The notes under the pieces are model-generated. The model saw nothing but the letters and a program-made list of their open reading frames with translations, had not been told where the DNA came from and made no database searches. A DNA stretch of 64,000 nucleotides, taken from an uncultured bacterium (GTDB lineage: Bacteria; Patescibacteriota; Minisyncoccia; UBA6257; 2-01-FULL-56-20). Both the position numbers and the translations under genes were made by a program. Positions 18,718-28,226 of this stretch are shown here, piece after piece. Numbering within the stretch: the first letter of the stretch is position 1; every line of letters starts with the position of its first letter. Location: assembly GCA_963707865.1 (NCBI GenBank), contig OY970175.1:758028-822027 (forward strand), written 5' to 3'.

Positions 18718-19920
18718 TTATTTTTTTGGTGGCGGAGGCGGTGGTGCCGGTGGAGTGGATGGAGTCGGAAATTTCGGCGGCATAGGGAGTTCCAGTGCAA
18801 CCGGTTCGGGAGGAAGCGCCTTCAGTGGCGCGGGAGGCACAGACGGGACAGCGGTAAGCTCGGTTATTTTTCTTTGCGCCGCGGGGTTTGGAAACGTGGG
18901 ATTTTCCGTCAAGGGCGGTTTGTATTCCGTGTAGTGGACAACGCGCGGCGTTGAGGTAGCCATTTTTGGCGCGGGCAGCGGAGGCACCTTGCCGAGTTCA
19001 ACCACTGCGGGTCTTATCGGTAGCGACGCGGGCCCTTTTTGCATAGCAAATTTTTCCGAAGGAAGATCAAGGTGAAAATCCGGCGCCCGCTGTTGTGGCT
19101 TGGCCGAAACGTCTTCGTGGAGAATCATCGGCGGGGGTCCTGGAGGCGGCGTGGGCGGCTTCGGAATGCCAGCGGGCGGAGCAGCAGGCGCAATTCCTTC
19201 GCTGCGTTTCATTGCGAGCCGCTCAAATTCCCCGATGGGCCCCCGCGCCGGCGGTATCGTAATTGGAGCAGAAGGCGCGGGTGCCGCTGGTGCTCTCGGT
19301 GCCACCGGTGCTGCTGATGCGGTTTGGTCCAATTTCACCACCGGCTGTTTGAGCGTCGCCCGCGACCAACCCGCCGCTTCGGGCATTTTCGGTTGTGTAG
19401 CATTTTGAGGAGGCGGCGGTGTTGTTGAAGACGGAACCTCAGAAATTATTTTCGGCCCGGTCGGTGCGCTGGCTACAGCGGAAAGAGTGGCGGAGATTGT
19501 TTTTGACGGCGTGGCAGTCGATTTTGCTGGCACCACCGCCGTTTTTGATCCTGGGGGTTTAATATCCCCCGTGGTCACCGCAATGGGCTGATAGTTACTT
19601 TCGAGCTCGCTTTTTATCTGCGCGAAAATCTTTGTGTTTAGTTCATCCGCTAGGGAACTAGAAAATTGTGGATTGTTTAAAGATAGTGCTTCGTTGATTT
19701 CCGATCCTATATCGTAGTAATGTAAAACACCAAGGATAACCAAGCCAGCAATCTGCTGGATTGTAGTTCTCTTGTCTTCATCTACAATCCGGTTTCTGTC
19801 ACAGACCTGATTAATAATCCTGAGGTTGCGCTCAGCGGTCAAGGCCTCTTTTAATTGGTCAGGGAGGGAGTCGAATCGCTTATCGAGTTCTTCCTCCGTG
19901 ATGGAGGCAACAGGAATCAT
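18718..19920 (-). CDS. Proline-rich protein (C-terminal poly-Pro, ends PPAPPPPPPKK), hypothetical T4SS-like component
   Basis: Composition; same strand and operon context. Confidence 0.45.
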   Translation of the reverse strand: MIPVASITEEELDKRFDSLPDQLKEALTAERNLRIINQVCDRNRIVDEDKRTTIQQIAGLVILGVLHYYDIGSEINEALSLNNPQFSSSLADELNTKIFAQIKSELESNYQPIAVTTGDIKPPGSKTAVVPAKSTATPSKTISATLSAVASAPTGPKIISEVPSSTTPPPPQNATQPKMPEAAGWSRATLKQPVVKLDQTASAAPVAPRAPAAPAPSAPITIPPARGPIGEFERLAMKRSEGIAPAAPPAGIPKPPTPPPGPPPMILHEDVSAKPQQRAPDFHLDLPSEKFAMQKGPASLPIRPAVVELGKVPPLPAPKMATSTPRVVHYTEYKPPLTENPTFPNPAAQRKITELTAVPSVPPAPLKALPPEPVALELPMPPKFPTPSTPPAPPPPPPKK

Positions 19921-19933
19921 CCCTGATATTATA

Positions 19934-20605
19934 TCACCTTCCCCGCTTTTTAATGCGATAGGTTCTTACGGTCCCGGTAAACTTCCCTTTTTCATTGTAG
20001 ATGCCGACCGACCTGAAATAGTAATCTCTAAAATTACCCCTTTTCTCATAAGCTCTTTTCATTAACATGTAGTCGGGGTACGAGACCCTAGGATTTTCCC
20101 CTACGTATTCCGCCTCCCCATTTTCCACTAACTTATCATATTTATCCTGATTTTTTCGTGCCCGATCTGGGTTCTCGTGGAATCTCAACGGTTGGAGAAA
20201 ATTGCCTATCTTCTGATATGCCTTTTCGCCGCCGCCAAGAATCCTTTCGGTAAATCTATCCCACCCCGTGAGGAGCTCCTCCTGCTCCTTCCAAAATGGA
20301 TTTGGATGGTCTGAGTCGGGACCACGTTGGTTTTCTCGGGATTGCGACTCACTCATCGCATTCACTTCTTCGCGCATTTTGGCCAGACTTGCTTCGCGAT
20401 CCGCCTCGCGCCTACTCTTTTCCCTTGCTCTTTCAGCGGTGCTCAATTCTCCGGAAGAGACCTTCTTCTCCGGGCTCTCCGCACCACCTAACGAACGCTG
20501 GCGGACCTCAATGGCTTTGGCTTGCTCAAATGCTGCGTCAGACGTATCGGTTATGATTCTAGGGTTTTCTTCCTCTGGATTCTGAGTAACATCTGGTGTT
20601 TCCAT
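19934..20605 (-). CDS. Highly charged hypothetical protein
   Basis: ORF within the operon; no recognisable motif. Confidence 0.4.
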   Translation of the reverse strand: METPDVTQNPEEENPRIITDTSDAAFEQAKAIEVRQRSLGGAESPEKKVSSGELSTAERAREKSRREADREASLAKMREEVNAMSESQSRENQRGPDSDHPNPFWKEQEELLTGWDRFTERILGGGEKAYQKIGNFLQPLRFHENPDRARKNQDKYDKLVENGEAEYVGENPRVSYPDYMLMKRAYEKRGNFRDYYFRSVGIYNEKGKFTGTVRTYRIKKRGR

Positions 20606-20621
20606 TGTATTGCATAAAGTA

Positions 20622-22157
20622 CTACACCTGCGTCCAATTTGCCGTGGCCGCCAGGCTATGGCATGTCGGGCATGGAATAATTGGTTTCTTTCTCGATGGC
20701 ATTATGTACTTACAAACTTGGCATTCCCAGTTATTAACCGTGGATTTAAATAACCCTGATCCACTTTTTACTCCGCCCCAAACACTTGCGGCGAGCCCTT
20801 TTGTTTTGAGGTTAGGACTGGTTGCGGTTTGTTGCAGGCGCGTTGCCATCTGCCCTCGCCATCTATTAATTCTGGTTAGTGGCGTATACAGACGGCCCCC
20901 AGGACCTACTCTTGGCTTCGGTTGCATGATACGAGATGCAAGATTTAAAGACCCTCGTGCCCCGTGTTTCATTGTATACGTGCCAAATGCTTTCGCTCCA
21001 CTCTTCACCGCGCCTATCGCGGCCCCTGCGCCCATGATGCTCATCTTCTCCGCCGCGATCATGCCGCCGACCATGAGGCCGACTACCAGGATAACTTGAA
21101 GGGCGCTGCCAATGATTGTGTTTATAGCCGACCCAAAGATATCAGAGATCGCCTTTGCTATCGCATTTCCAGTTCCCGCCTGATACCCTAAGCCCTGGAG
21201 ACTGGCTGCTGGGTCGGTGCTGTTAGTCGTATTTGTGTTCATTTGGCCGGCGACCGCTACAGAGAGATAAACAAAGAACATGACGATCGGCGCAAAGAAG
21301 GTCCACTTTATGAATTTGTCCCACCAATCTTCAAAATGTTTGCTGGTTTTTGGGAAAATCCACAGGAGCCATGCGAGCGGCATCAGAATGAGAAGGATGC
21401 TCAAGTATATGTATCGTATGAGAAGCATAAAAAGGAAAACGCAGAGCACGATGACGGTGGTAATAAGCATTGCGGCGACAAAAAGCGCCGAAAAGATAGG
21501 TTTCAGGATGTCAGCAATTGCCTTACCGAGAGCCGAGGTGCCCGTCTCGGCCTTGGCGTTGGAGGTATTAAGGAAGCCCTCAAGTGAAAACTTATGTGGC
21601 CCGAACGCTCCCGTGAGGGATTTCGCGAAGTTGTTGTATGCGGCGACGCCCTGACCGCCGCCCGGCAGCGCTTGCATGAAGGTAAGGGTGAGCTGATTAG
21701 CGAAATTGATGATCACGCCGCCGATCACCAAGCTGAAATTGACCAGAATCGCCGCCACGACGAGCTTCCAGAGAGTTTTTTTGATGCCGTAGGTTTCGCG
21801 GTGGAGGATGGTCGCAATGGCAATAATGATGATGCCGAGGACGAATCCGAGATTTGCCACAGAGAGGGTTACGGCGAACCCGCTCTGCACGGCATTCGAC
21901 ATTACGACATTGGCATTCAGCTGGAGGATGATTGTGATGAAGTAAACGATGAGTGCGATAACGTTGTTCAGGAGCCACGTAACAATGAACACGATGAGAT
22001 ACACGCCCCACGCTATGAAGTTTCCTATCAGATCGGTCAGTGCTGCGGGGCCACCAAAAATACTCCATGCATGAGCCTGGTATGGGATGGCGACGAAAGG
22101 AATGGCAAGCAAGAGGGCTGCCACCAGGATCAGTTTGTATTTATCGGAGGATTTCAT
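20622..22157 (-). CDS. VirB6/TrbL-like polytopic membrane protein with a C-terminal Cys4 zinc-ribbon-like tail
   Basis: Signal peptide followed by at least eight transmembrane helices; C-terminal CQVC..(15)..CPTC. Confidence 0.5.
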   Translation of the reverse strand: MKSSDKYKLILVAALLLAIPFVAIPYQAHAWSIFGGPAALTDLIGNFIAWGVYLIVFIVTWLLNNVIALIVYFITIILQLNANVVMSNAVQSGFAVTLSVANLGFVLGIIIIAIATILHRETYGIKKTLWKLVVAAILVNFSLVIGGVIINFANQLTLTFMQALPGGGQGVAAYNNFAKSLTGAFGPHKFSLEGFLNTSNAKAETGTSALGKAIADILKPIFSALFVAAMLITTVIVLCVFLFMLLIRYIYLSILLILMPLAWLLWIFPKTSKHFEDWWDKFIKWTFFAPIVMFFVYLSVAVAGQMNTNTTNSTDPAASLQGLGYQAGTGNAIAKAISDIFGSAINTIIGSALQVILVVGLMVGGMIAAEKMSIMGAGAAIGAVKSGAKAFGTYTMKHGARGSLNLASRIMQPKPRVGPGGRLYTPLTRINRWRGQMATRLQQTATSPNLKTKGLAASVWGGVKSGSGLFKSTVNNWECQVCKYIMPSRKKPIIPCPTCHSLAATANWTQV

Positions 22158-22160
22158 TCG

Positions 22161-24278
22161 TTAGTAAAAGTTAAGGATGCTGTTGAGCTTGTTGATGATA
22201 TTTATCACCGAATTCACCTTACCCACGACGGAGGCTATCTCGGCGTTTATCTTGTTAATTTCGGCCGTCATGCTGTTGCAGGGGCCCGGATTAGACAGTC
22301 CCGTACAGACATCTTGGATTGTGATAGGGTTACCACTCCCGAGTTTAAGAGTAAGATTGTAGAGTCCCTGTGCCTTCCCTTTCATGAGTTGGACACCCAT
22401 AGCATCCGTTATCGCCCTATTTAATTGTGTAAGGTCATTCGCGCTCGCCACTTGGCCATAGGCGGAGTTCGCGGAAGCCGCGACTTGCGAAGCGCCGACA
22501 CTCCCCGGCGTGACAATTTGTTGTTTCGTGCAGATTTTATTGCCATTTGAATCCGTGTAGGATGTGAGGCATTGCGCGGTTGATTTATACCCTTGATTCG
22601 CGACACTCTCGGCCTGCGCGGCCGTTGCGGCGCTTTGGGCCGATGAATCTATCGCGTCGTGGGAAACGGCTATGGTGCCAAAAAGATTGTTGGTCGGGTC
22701 GCTAGTGAGCGAGTAATAGTCAGACCATGCGTTCGGATCGGAGCTGAAGTCGTTATAAAAGCCCTGCATGTCCGATATTTGATTCTTTATGCCACATCCG
22801 GCTCCGGTACCGTTCACGGTGGGGCTACCAAAAACAGGACCCGGCCCGCCACCTGCGCTGTCACTAAGTAAGATGTCCCCTGCGGTTTGCCCCGTTGGTC
22901 CCGCCGCAGTGTCCGGATTAAAAACGGTAGTTTTTACATCCGATACGAATTCGGGGCATATTTGCGCCGAAACATCCTTGTATGCAGCCGTTGCGCCTCT
23001 TGTGGCCGCATCGCCGTAGAACGTGGTGTAGTCCTGGATGAATCGTGGATCGCCTTTGTTTTGGATGTAATCCAGCGTTACCGAATCCAGGGTCTTAACC
23101 GCCGCATTCTTCGCGCTTTCGGTACTGATTTTTCTGTTGCACTCATAAACGAGAAGCGTCAAAATATCCAAGCTGCTCTGCGACGAAATGCTTTCCATCC
23201 CCTGTGTTTGGTTGACCATTGATTCAAGACTGGCGTCGGTGACAGGCACTGAGGTAAGGCCGGAAAGAAGATTCGCGACACTGAGGATCCCGCTCGTGAG
23301 TCCCAGGTCGGTAAGGATTTTTGTCGCGGCGTCCGAGTCAAGAGTGCACTTGCCGGTGGTTTGGTCAATGGAAAAACCGACTTGGGCAAACGCGGTGTTT
23401 ATCTGGAAAAGATTTTTAAAGAGCGCGCTGATTTCGCCGAGGCCGCCTTCTTCTGGTTTGGTTGATTGCGAGAGAAGTTTGGCGGGGTCAAGCGCTTGGT
23501 AGGCCTTCGCCATGGCGAGGATGTCGTCGGCAACGTGGCTGGTCACCTCAACTTCGCCGTTAAGCACGATCGTGGCCTTCAAGGGGTCAACCGATTGGTT
23601 TTGTATCGCCATTGAAAGGTTCCTTTCATCTTCTAAGTAGTTCACGAAGCTTTTTTCAAAAGGGACGAATACTGCGGGAGTTTCAAGATTCTTTAGGCCC
23701 AGTGCGGCCGCGCCCAAGGTTGTGGCGATGTCGCCGCTCGCGCCCGCGTTTGCGGATTGTGAGAGACCCGAGAGAAATGTGGGGCTGCTTATCGTCGCGC
23801 GCATAACGGTTTTAAATCCTTCATTGAAACGGTTGTTGGCTGCGGTACCGCTTGCAGTGGTCATGTTGAGATCGCCGTCCTGCACGTTGCTCCAGAGATC
23901 GGAGATTTGGAAATCGGGGGCACTTGCGATAAGGTAGGTATTAAGGGCGCTGCTCGTCGGCAATACAAGCCCGACTTGCCCGTTGAAATCGCGCGGCCCT
24001 TCAGGGTTGAGTGAAGTGATTACGTCCGCAAGGTTTTGGGCAGTGGCCTGCGTGAGGTTCGTGTCGTTTCCCGAAAGATTTTCCCGGAGCGCTATAGGAA
24101 GGTCTTCCGAGGCGAGAACGAAGGCGTTTTGCGGCATCGGGGTGGTACGTGAATCGCTGCGCGACGTGACCGCGCCGCCGCTTCCGTTGAAATGGGGGTT
24201 AGGGAGGGACAGAGCGACAACGCTCGCAATGATCGCGAGGATCAGGAAAGCAACCATTAGCCTCTTGACGTCTACCAT
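22161..24278 (-). CDS. Large secreted protein (705 aa), first gene of the T4SS-like operon; putative surface or adhesin component
   Basis: N-terminal signal/anchor MVDVKRLMVAFLILAIIASVVALS; a TATAAT-like -10 at 24287-24292 sits immediately upstream (possible leaderless start). Confidence 0.55.
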   Translation of the reverse strand: MVDVKRLMVAFLILAIIASVVALSLPNPHFNGSGGAVTSRSDSRTTPMPQNAFVLASEDLPIALRENLSGNDTNLTQATAQNLADVITSLNPEGPRDFNGQVGLVLPTSSALNTYLIASAPDFQISDLWSNVQDGDLNMTTASGTAANNRFNEGFKTVMRATISSPTFLSGLSQSANAGASGDIATTLGAAALGLKNLETPAVFVPFEKSFVNYLEDERNLSMAIQNQSVDPLKATIVLNGEVEVTSHVADDILAMAKAYQALDPAKLLSQSTKPEEGGLGEISALFKNLFQINTAFAQVGFSIDQTTGKCTLDSDAATKILTDLGLTSGILSVANLLSGLTSVPVTDASLESMVNQTQGMESISSQSSLDILTLLVYECNRKISTESAKNAAVKTLDSVTLDYIQNKGDPRFIQDYTTFYGDAATRGATAAYKDVSAQICPEFVSDVKTTVFNPDTAAGPTGQTAGDILLSDSAGGGPGPVFGSPTVNGTGAGCGIKNQISDMQGFYNDFSSDPNAWSDYYSLTSDPTNNLFGTIAVSHDAIDSSAQSAATAAQAESVANQGYKSTAQCLTSYTDSNGNKICTKQQIVTPGSVGASQVAASANSAYGQVASANDLTQLNRAITDAMGVQLMKGKAQGLYNLTLKLGSGNPITIQDVCTGLSNPGPCNSMTAEINKINAEIASVVGKVNSVINIINKLNSILNFY

Positions 24279-24320
24279 TTATCTACATTATAACGCAGTG
24301 CAGGGCACAAGTTATTTTGG

Positions 24321-25112
24321 TTATCCCCAATGAGCCGCAACTCCCGCGATGTCTTTTATGGAAAGGTTCTGCGGACGGGCTTCGGGATTGATTTTAATCT
24401 CCCGGAGCAGCGCCAACGAGTTTTCCTTTCCCATGTGGGCGGCCAAATTATTGAGCACCGTTTTCCGCGGTTGGGCAAAAAGGGCTCGTATTGCGGGGAA
24501 ATAGCGCGCGGCATCAATAGGCGGCATAGATCTCGCTTCCAATATCACAAGGGCGGAATCCACTTTGGGCGGGGGGTTAAAATTTTGCTTGGAAATGATG
24601 CTCACAATTGCGGGATCAGCCCAGTATTGGACGCTCGCGGCGAGGCGATTCATCTTGGGCGGCTTCGCGACAATTCGTTCTGCGACTTCCTTTTGAACCA
24701 TAATCACGGAGCGCGTGGGCTTGTTTTTGAGCTCGCCGATCATGCGCAGGAGGCGCCCTGTAATATAATAGGGAAGGTTGCCGACCAGTTTGAAGGGCCG
24801 CTCATTGAGCGCCAAGGAACCGTGGGGCGACGCGAGATATGCAAGGATGTCGCCCGCGACAATGTCCACCCTGTTCTTATCTTTTGGCAAAGCCGCGATC
24901 CTCAGCCCCAATTCTTTTGCGAGCGCCTCGTCTTTCTCAACGGCGACGAGATGATATTGCGATCCTTCGCCCACGAGCGCGAGCGGTATTGTAAGCTCGC
25001 CGTGCCCAGATCCGACTTCAAGAACAAAATCATCGCGTACAAGACGGAGCGCGGCGATGATCTTGTTTGTTACCGACCTGTTCTTTAGAAAATGTTGGCC
25101 GAGTTTTCGCAT
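24321..25112 (-). CDS. rsmA: 16S rRNA (adenine1518/1519-N6)-dimethyltransferase
   Basis: MRKLGQHFLKNRSVTNKII..VLEVGSGHGELT KsgA motifs. Confidence 0.9.
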   Translation of the reverse strand: MRKLGQHFLKNRSVTNKIIAALRLVRDDFVLEVGSGHGELTIPLALVGEGSQYHLVAVEKDEALAKELGLRIAALPKDKNRVDIVAGDILAYLASPHGSLALNERPFKLVGNLPYYITGRLLRMIGELKNKPTRSVIMVQKEVAERIVAKPPKMNRLAASVQYWADPAIVSIISKQNFNPPPKVDSALVILEARSMPPIDAARYFPAIRALFAQPRKTVLNNLAAHMGKENSLALLREIKINPEARPQNLSIKDIAGVAAHWG

Positions 25113-25142
25113 TGCTTGTTAGTTGATATAATAATAACGTAA

Positions 25143-26303
25143 ATGAACCGTTCAAGAACTATTCTTCTCCTTGTGATATCCGGGGTGGTGGTAACGAGCA
25201 TTGTGGCAATCGCCCTCTTAAGAGCGATTCAGTTGAAAAACGGAGCAGGGAGCGCCATTCAGAACCAAGCGGTTTCGCAGCCAGCCCAAACTTCTTCGCT
25301 CCCGGCGAGCGGCTTTCTGCCCGGCGGAAGCGTAGCGCTTAACGGGCAATCGTCGGCCGCAAGCAGCGAGCCCCCAATTGTGAACGGGAAGCCGGTGACG
25401 TCATTGAATGATGTAGCGCAAATTATTGCCGCGTCTTCGTCGGCTTCCTCAACGGTGGCGGCCACTCACGTGGAGTTGCTTCCTTTACCGGATGTGCCGG
25501 ACGGCGCGATCGCCATTGATCCTTCAGGGGCGGCGACCAGAGTTGAATACCTTGAGTATTTCAACGTCCACGCCGGCGACATTCCTTTTGATAAGAATAA
25601 ATTCAACGCAGTTATGAAGGACAAAAATGGGGTGGTTCTTTTTACACAAGATCTTATTGACAAAGCGCTCGGCGACGGCGATTTTCAAGAGGTCGGAAAC
25701 TCGTTGCTTGTCCAAAAAGAGTTCGCCGAGGCAGAGATCGTTTTTTTGAAGTCAATCAAGGTAACGGGAGACGCAATCGCCTTGGATAAGAAAACCATCG
25801 GCGTTGAAGAACTCCTCGTAGACCTTATTGATAAGAGCTTTGCCGTTGCATCAGGCAGTCTCGCAAAAAATGACTTCGTCGCATTCTACCATCAGTTTAT
25901 GGTGACCGTGGGGAGCGAGCGTCGGCAGTTAGTCGCGCGGTCTCTGATGTTCCACCTATCTTCAGATGATGGTTGGTTGACGCACGCGTTTCAGGTTTTC
26001 GGCACAACCGTTCAGGCTCAGGCCGTGAGCACTCCATTTGGCGGAGAGATCAGCGTCCCCATTCCTTGTCCGTGCAGCGCGGGGGTTTGGATAGTGGTGG
26101 GACCTCCCTTCCCGGCCTCAATATTCGTTCCATTCGCCTTCATGGCAACCCCTCTTTTCTACAACTATAAGTCGTCGGTTCCAGGAGCGTGGTGGCTAGG
26201 TCTTTATAGCATCGAGGCGCAGATACCCTGTCTGAGCGGGGCGGCCTGCGCTCCTATAGGCAGTGGTGGGCTGATTATCATGGCGGGAACAAGCAGCCTG
26301 TAG
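25143..26303 (+). CDS. Hypothetical membrane-anchored or secreted protein with a Cys-containing hydrophobic C-terminus
   Basis: N-terminal transmembrane helix, Ser/Ala-rich linker, C-terminal PIPCPCS motif. Confidence 0.5.
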   Translation: MNRSRTILLLVISGVVVTSIVAIALLRAIQLKNGAGSAIQNQAVSQPAQTSSLPASGFLPGGSVALNGQSSAASSEPPIVNGKPVTSLNDVAQIIAASSSASSTVAATHVELLPLPDVPDGAIAIDPSGAATRVEYLEYFNVHAGDIPFDKNKFNAVMKDKNGVVLFTQDLIDKALGDGDFQEVGNSLLVQKEFAEAEIVFLKSIKVTGDAIALDKKTIGVEELLVDLIDKSFAVASGSLAKNDFVAFYHQFMVTVGSERRQLVARSLMFHLSSDDGWLTHAFQVFGTTVQAQAVSTPFGGEISVPIPCPCSAGVWIVVGPPFPASIFVPFAFMATPLFYNYKSSVPGAWWLGLYSIEAQIPCLSGAACAPIGSGGLIIMAGTSSL

Positions 26304-26315
26304 TTGTCTTCACCA

Positions 26316-28226
26316 TCAATCAAGCTGGATTATTTTTTCTTGGCGTGCATCCTTAGGCGGATCTTCAAGCTCAGTTTCATCGTCCACAGCGGTCGCTCCG
26401 TCCGTGCCGTTGGTAAGCGCAAGGCAATCCTCTGGAATCTCCGCGATGAACCGCGATGGCATTCCGTAAAAACTAAGATGTAATTTTTCTTTCGCGCGCG
26501 TCATTGCGACGTACATCAGCCGGCGTTCTTCCTCAAGTGAAAGTTCGTTGTCCACTGACCGGATGTGCGGAAGCAATCCTTCGGCCACACCCGCGACGAA
26601 CACGTTTTCAAACTCAAGCCCCTTCGCGAGGTGGATCGTCATCAGATTTATCTTTTCTCTTTTGTTGTCCTTATCGCCGCCGCGCTTTGCGCGCGCGCCG
26701 CCAGTTCCGCCATCCGTACCAGTGTCGGTTGCCTGCAAAAGGCTTGTTTTCTCAAGGAAATCCGAGAGATTTTCAAATCCCGAGGCAAAGCGTATAAGCT
26801 CTGCGATATTCTCCTCCCGTTCGTCGGCGTTCGTGAAACCCTCTTCTAAGTAATCAAAATAGCCGAAGGTTTCAAGGAAAATTTTGATGATGTCCAAGGG
26901 CTTGCAATGCTCCCTGGCTGCGATCTTTTCTTTGAACATGGCGAACTTTTTCTTGGAAAGATTTTTTTCAAGGCGCTCGCGCGCGAGCGAGTCGCGGTCG
27001 TTCGCGGCTACACGGAGCGCGGCGAGCGCGTCCTTCACCTCGCGCCGTTCGTAGAACTTCAGCCCGCCAAAAATTTGATAGGGCATATCGTGGCGGATAA
27101 GCGCCTGTTCTATCGCACGCGACTGCGCGTTCGTCCGGTACAGGATCGCGACTTCCGCCCGCGCATCGCGGCGTTTTATTTTTCTGATCTCTTCCGCGAC
27201 CCACTCCGCTTCCTCGTTCTCGCCCCATGCCTCAAAAAGCGCAATGCGTTCCCCTGCCGGCTTCCGCGACCACAATTGTTTCGGCGCACGCCAGCGGTTG
27301 TTCTCCGCGACCGCTTGGGCGGCGCGGATGATATTCCCCGTGGAGCGATAATTTTCTTCAAGGAAAAATATTTTCGCGGCGGGCCAATCCTTTTCAAAAT
27401 CAAGAAATATTTTTATGTCTGCATATCGCCAGCTATAGATGGTCTGTTCGTCGTCCCCCACTACGCTCAAATTTTTGTGTCGGCTAACAAGGAGCTTCAC
27501 AAGTTCATATTGCTTCGGATTGATATCCTGGTATTCGTCAACGAGGACCGCGTCAAACTTTGTTTGATATATTTTAAGAATTTCTGGCCGCCGCCTAAAA
27601 AGTGCAACCGGCTTTTCAATGAGATCGTCAAAGTCAAATGCGTTGTTCGCCCGGAGTGCCACCTCGTATCTTTCAAAAACATTTTTAATGAGCTCCCCTC
27701 TCTCGGCCGACTCCTTGGAGGACTGAAACGCGCCGTCAAGATTTTTGATCAGGGAGATCTTCCCCGCAAAGAATGCCGGCGTGTCCTTTTTGCCCGCTTC
27801 GCCCCTTGCAAGACCCTTCACGATTTTTTTCACAAGATCGAAAGAATCATGATCGTCAAAGATCACGAAATTCGGCGTCCTGCCGAATGCCCGGCACTCC
27901 CTCCGCAGTGTCCGTGCTCCGAGTGAATGGAAAGTGCCGATGAACGGCTCCCTGCGCCCTCCGACGGCGCTCTTCCCTACGCGATCCTTCATTTCCTGGG
28001 CTGCCTTATTGGTAAAGGTGATCGCGCATATCCTCTCTGGTGGAACCCCGCTTTCCACAAGGTGCATAATGCGGCTCGTGAGGGTCCTCGTTTTACCGGT
28101 TCCGGCTCCCGCTACTATTAGTAAAGGGGAAATGGGCGCTTCAGCAGCTGCTTTCTGGGCAGGATTTAGCGAGAAAACCTTGTTTTTCAACGTTTTTTCA
28201 ATGTTTGGTTGATTTTGAGCTGCCAT
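26316..28226 (-). CDS. pcrA: UvrD/PcrA-family ATP-dependent DNA helicase. The start is moved to ATG 28226 (MAAQNQP); the ORF-track N-terminal extension is probably untranslated.
   Basis: LNPAQKAA..GAGTGKTRTLTSRIMHLV helicase motif I; UvrD-like over the full length. Confidence 0.85.
   Translation of the reverse strand: MAAQNQPNIEKTLKNKVFSLNPAQKAAAEAPISPLLIVAGAGTGKTRTLTSRIMHLVESGVPPERICAITFTNKAAQEMKDRVGKSAVGGRREPFIGTFHSLGARTLRRECRAFGRTPNFVIFDDHDSFDLVKKIVKGLARGEAGKKDTPAFFAGKISLIKNLDGAFQSSKESAERGELIKNVFERYEVALRANNAFDFDDLIEKPVALFRRRPEILKIYQTKFDAVLVDEYQDINPKQYELVKLLVSRHKNLSVVGDDEQTIYSWRYADIKIFLDFEKDWPAAKIFFLEENYRSTGNIIRAAQAVAENNRWRAPKQLWSRKPAGERIALFEAWGENEEAEWVAEEIRKIKRRDARAEVAILYRTNAQSRAIEQALIRHDMPYQIFGGLKFYERREVKDALAALRVAANDRDSLARERLEKNLSKKKFAMFKEKIAAREHCKPLDIIKIFLETFGYFDYLEEGFTNADEREENIAELIRFASGFENLSDFLEKTSLLQATDTGTDGGTGGARAKRGGDKDNKREKINLMTIHLAKGLEFENVFVAGVAEGLLPHIRSVDNELSLEEERRLMYVAMTRAKEKLHLSFYGMPSRFIAEIPEDCLALTNGTDGATAVDDETELEDPPKDARQEKIIQLD

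Noticed and set aside
26907-27926. 339-aa plus-strand ORF
   Set aside because: Antisense to the UvrD/PcrA helicase gene, which has unambiguous motifs.
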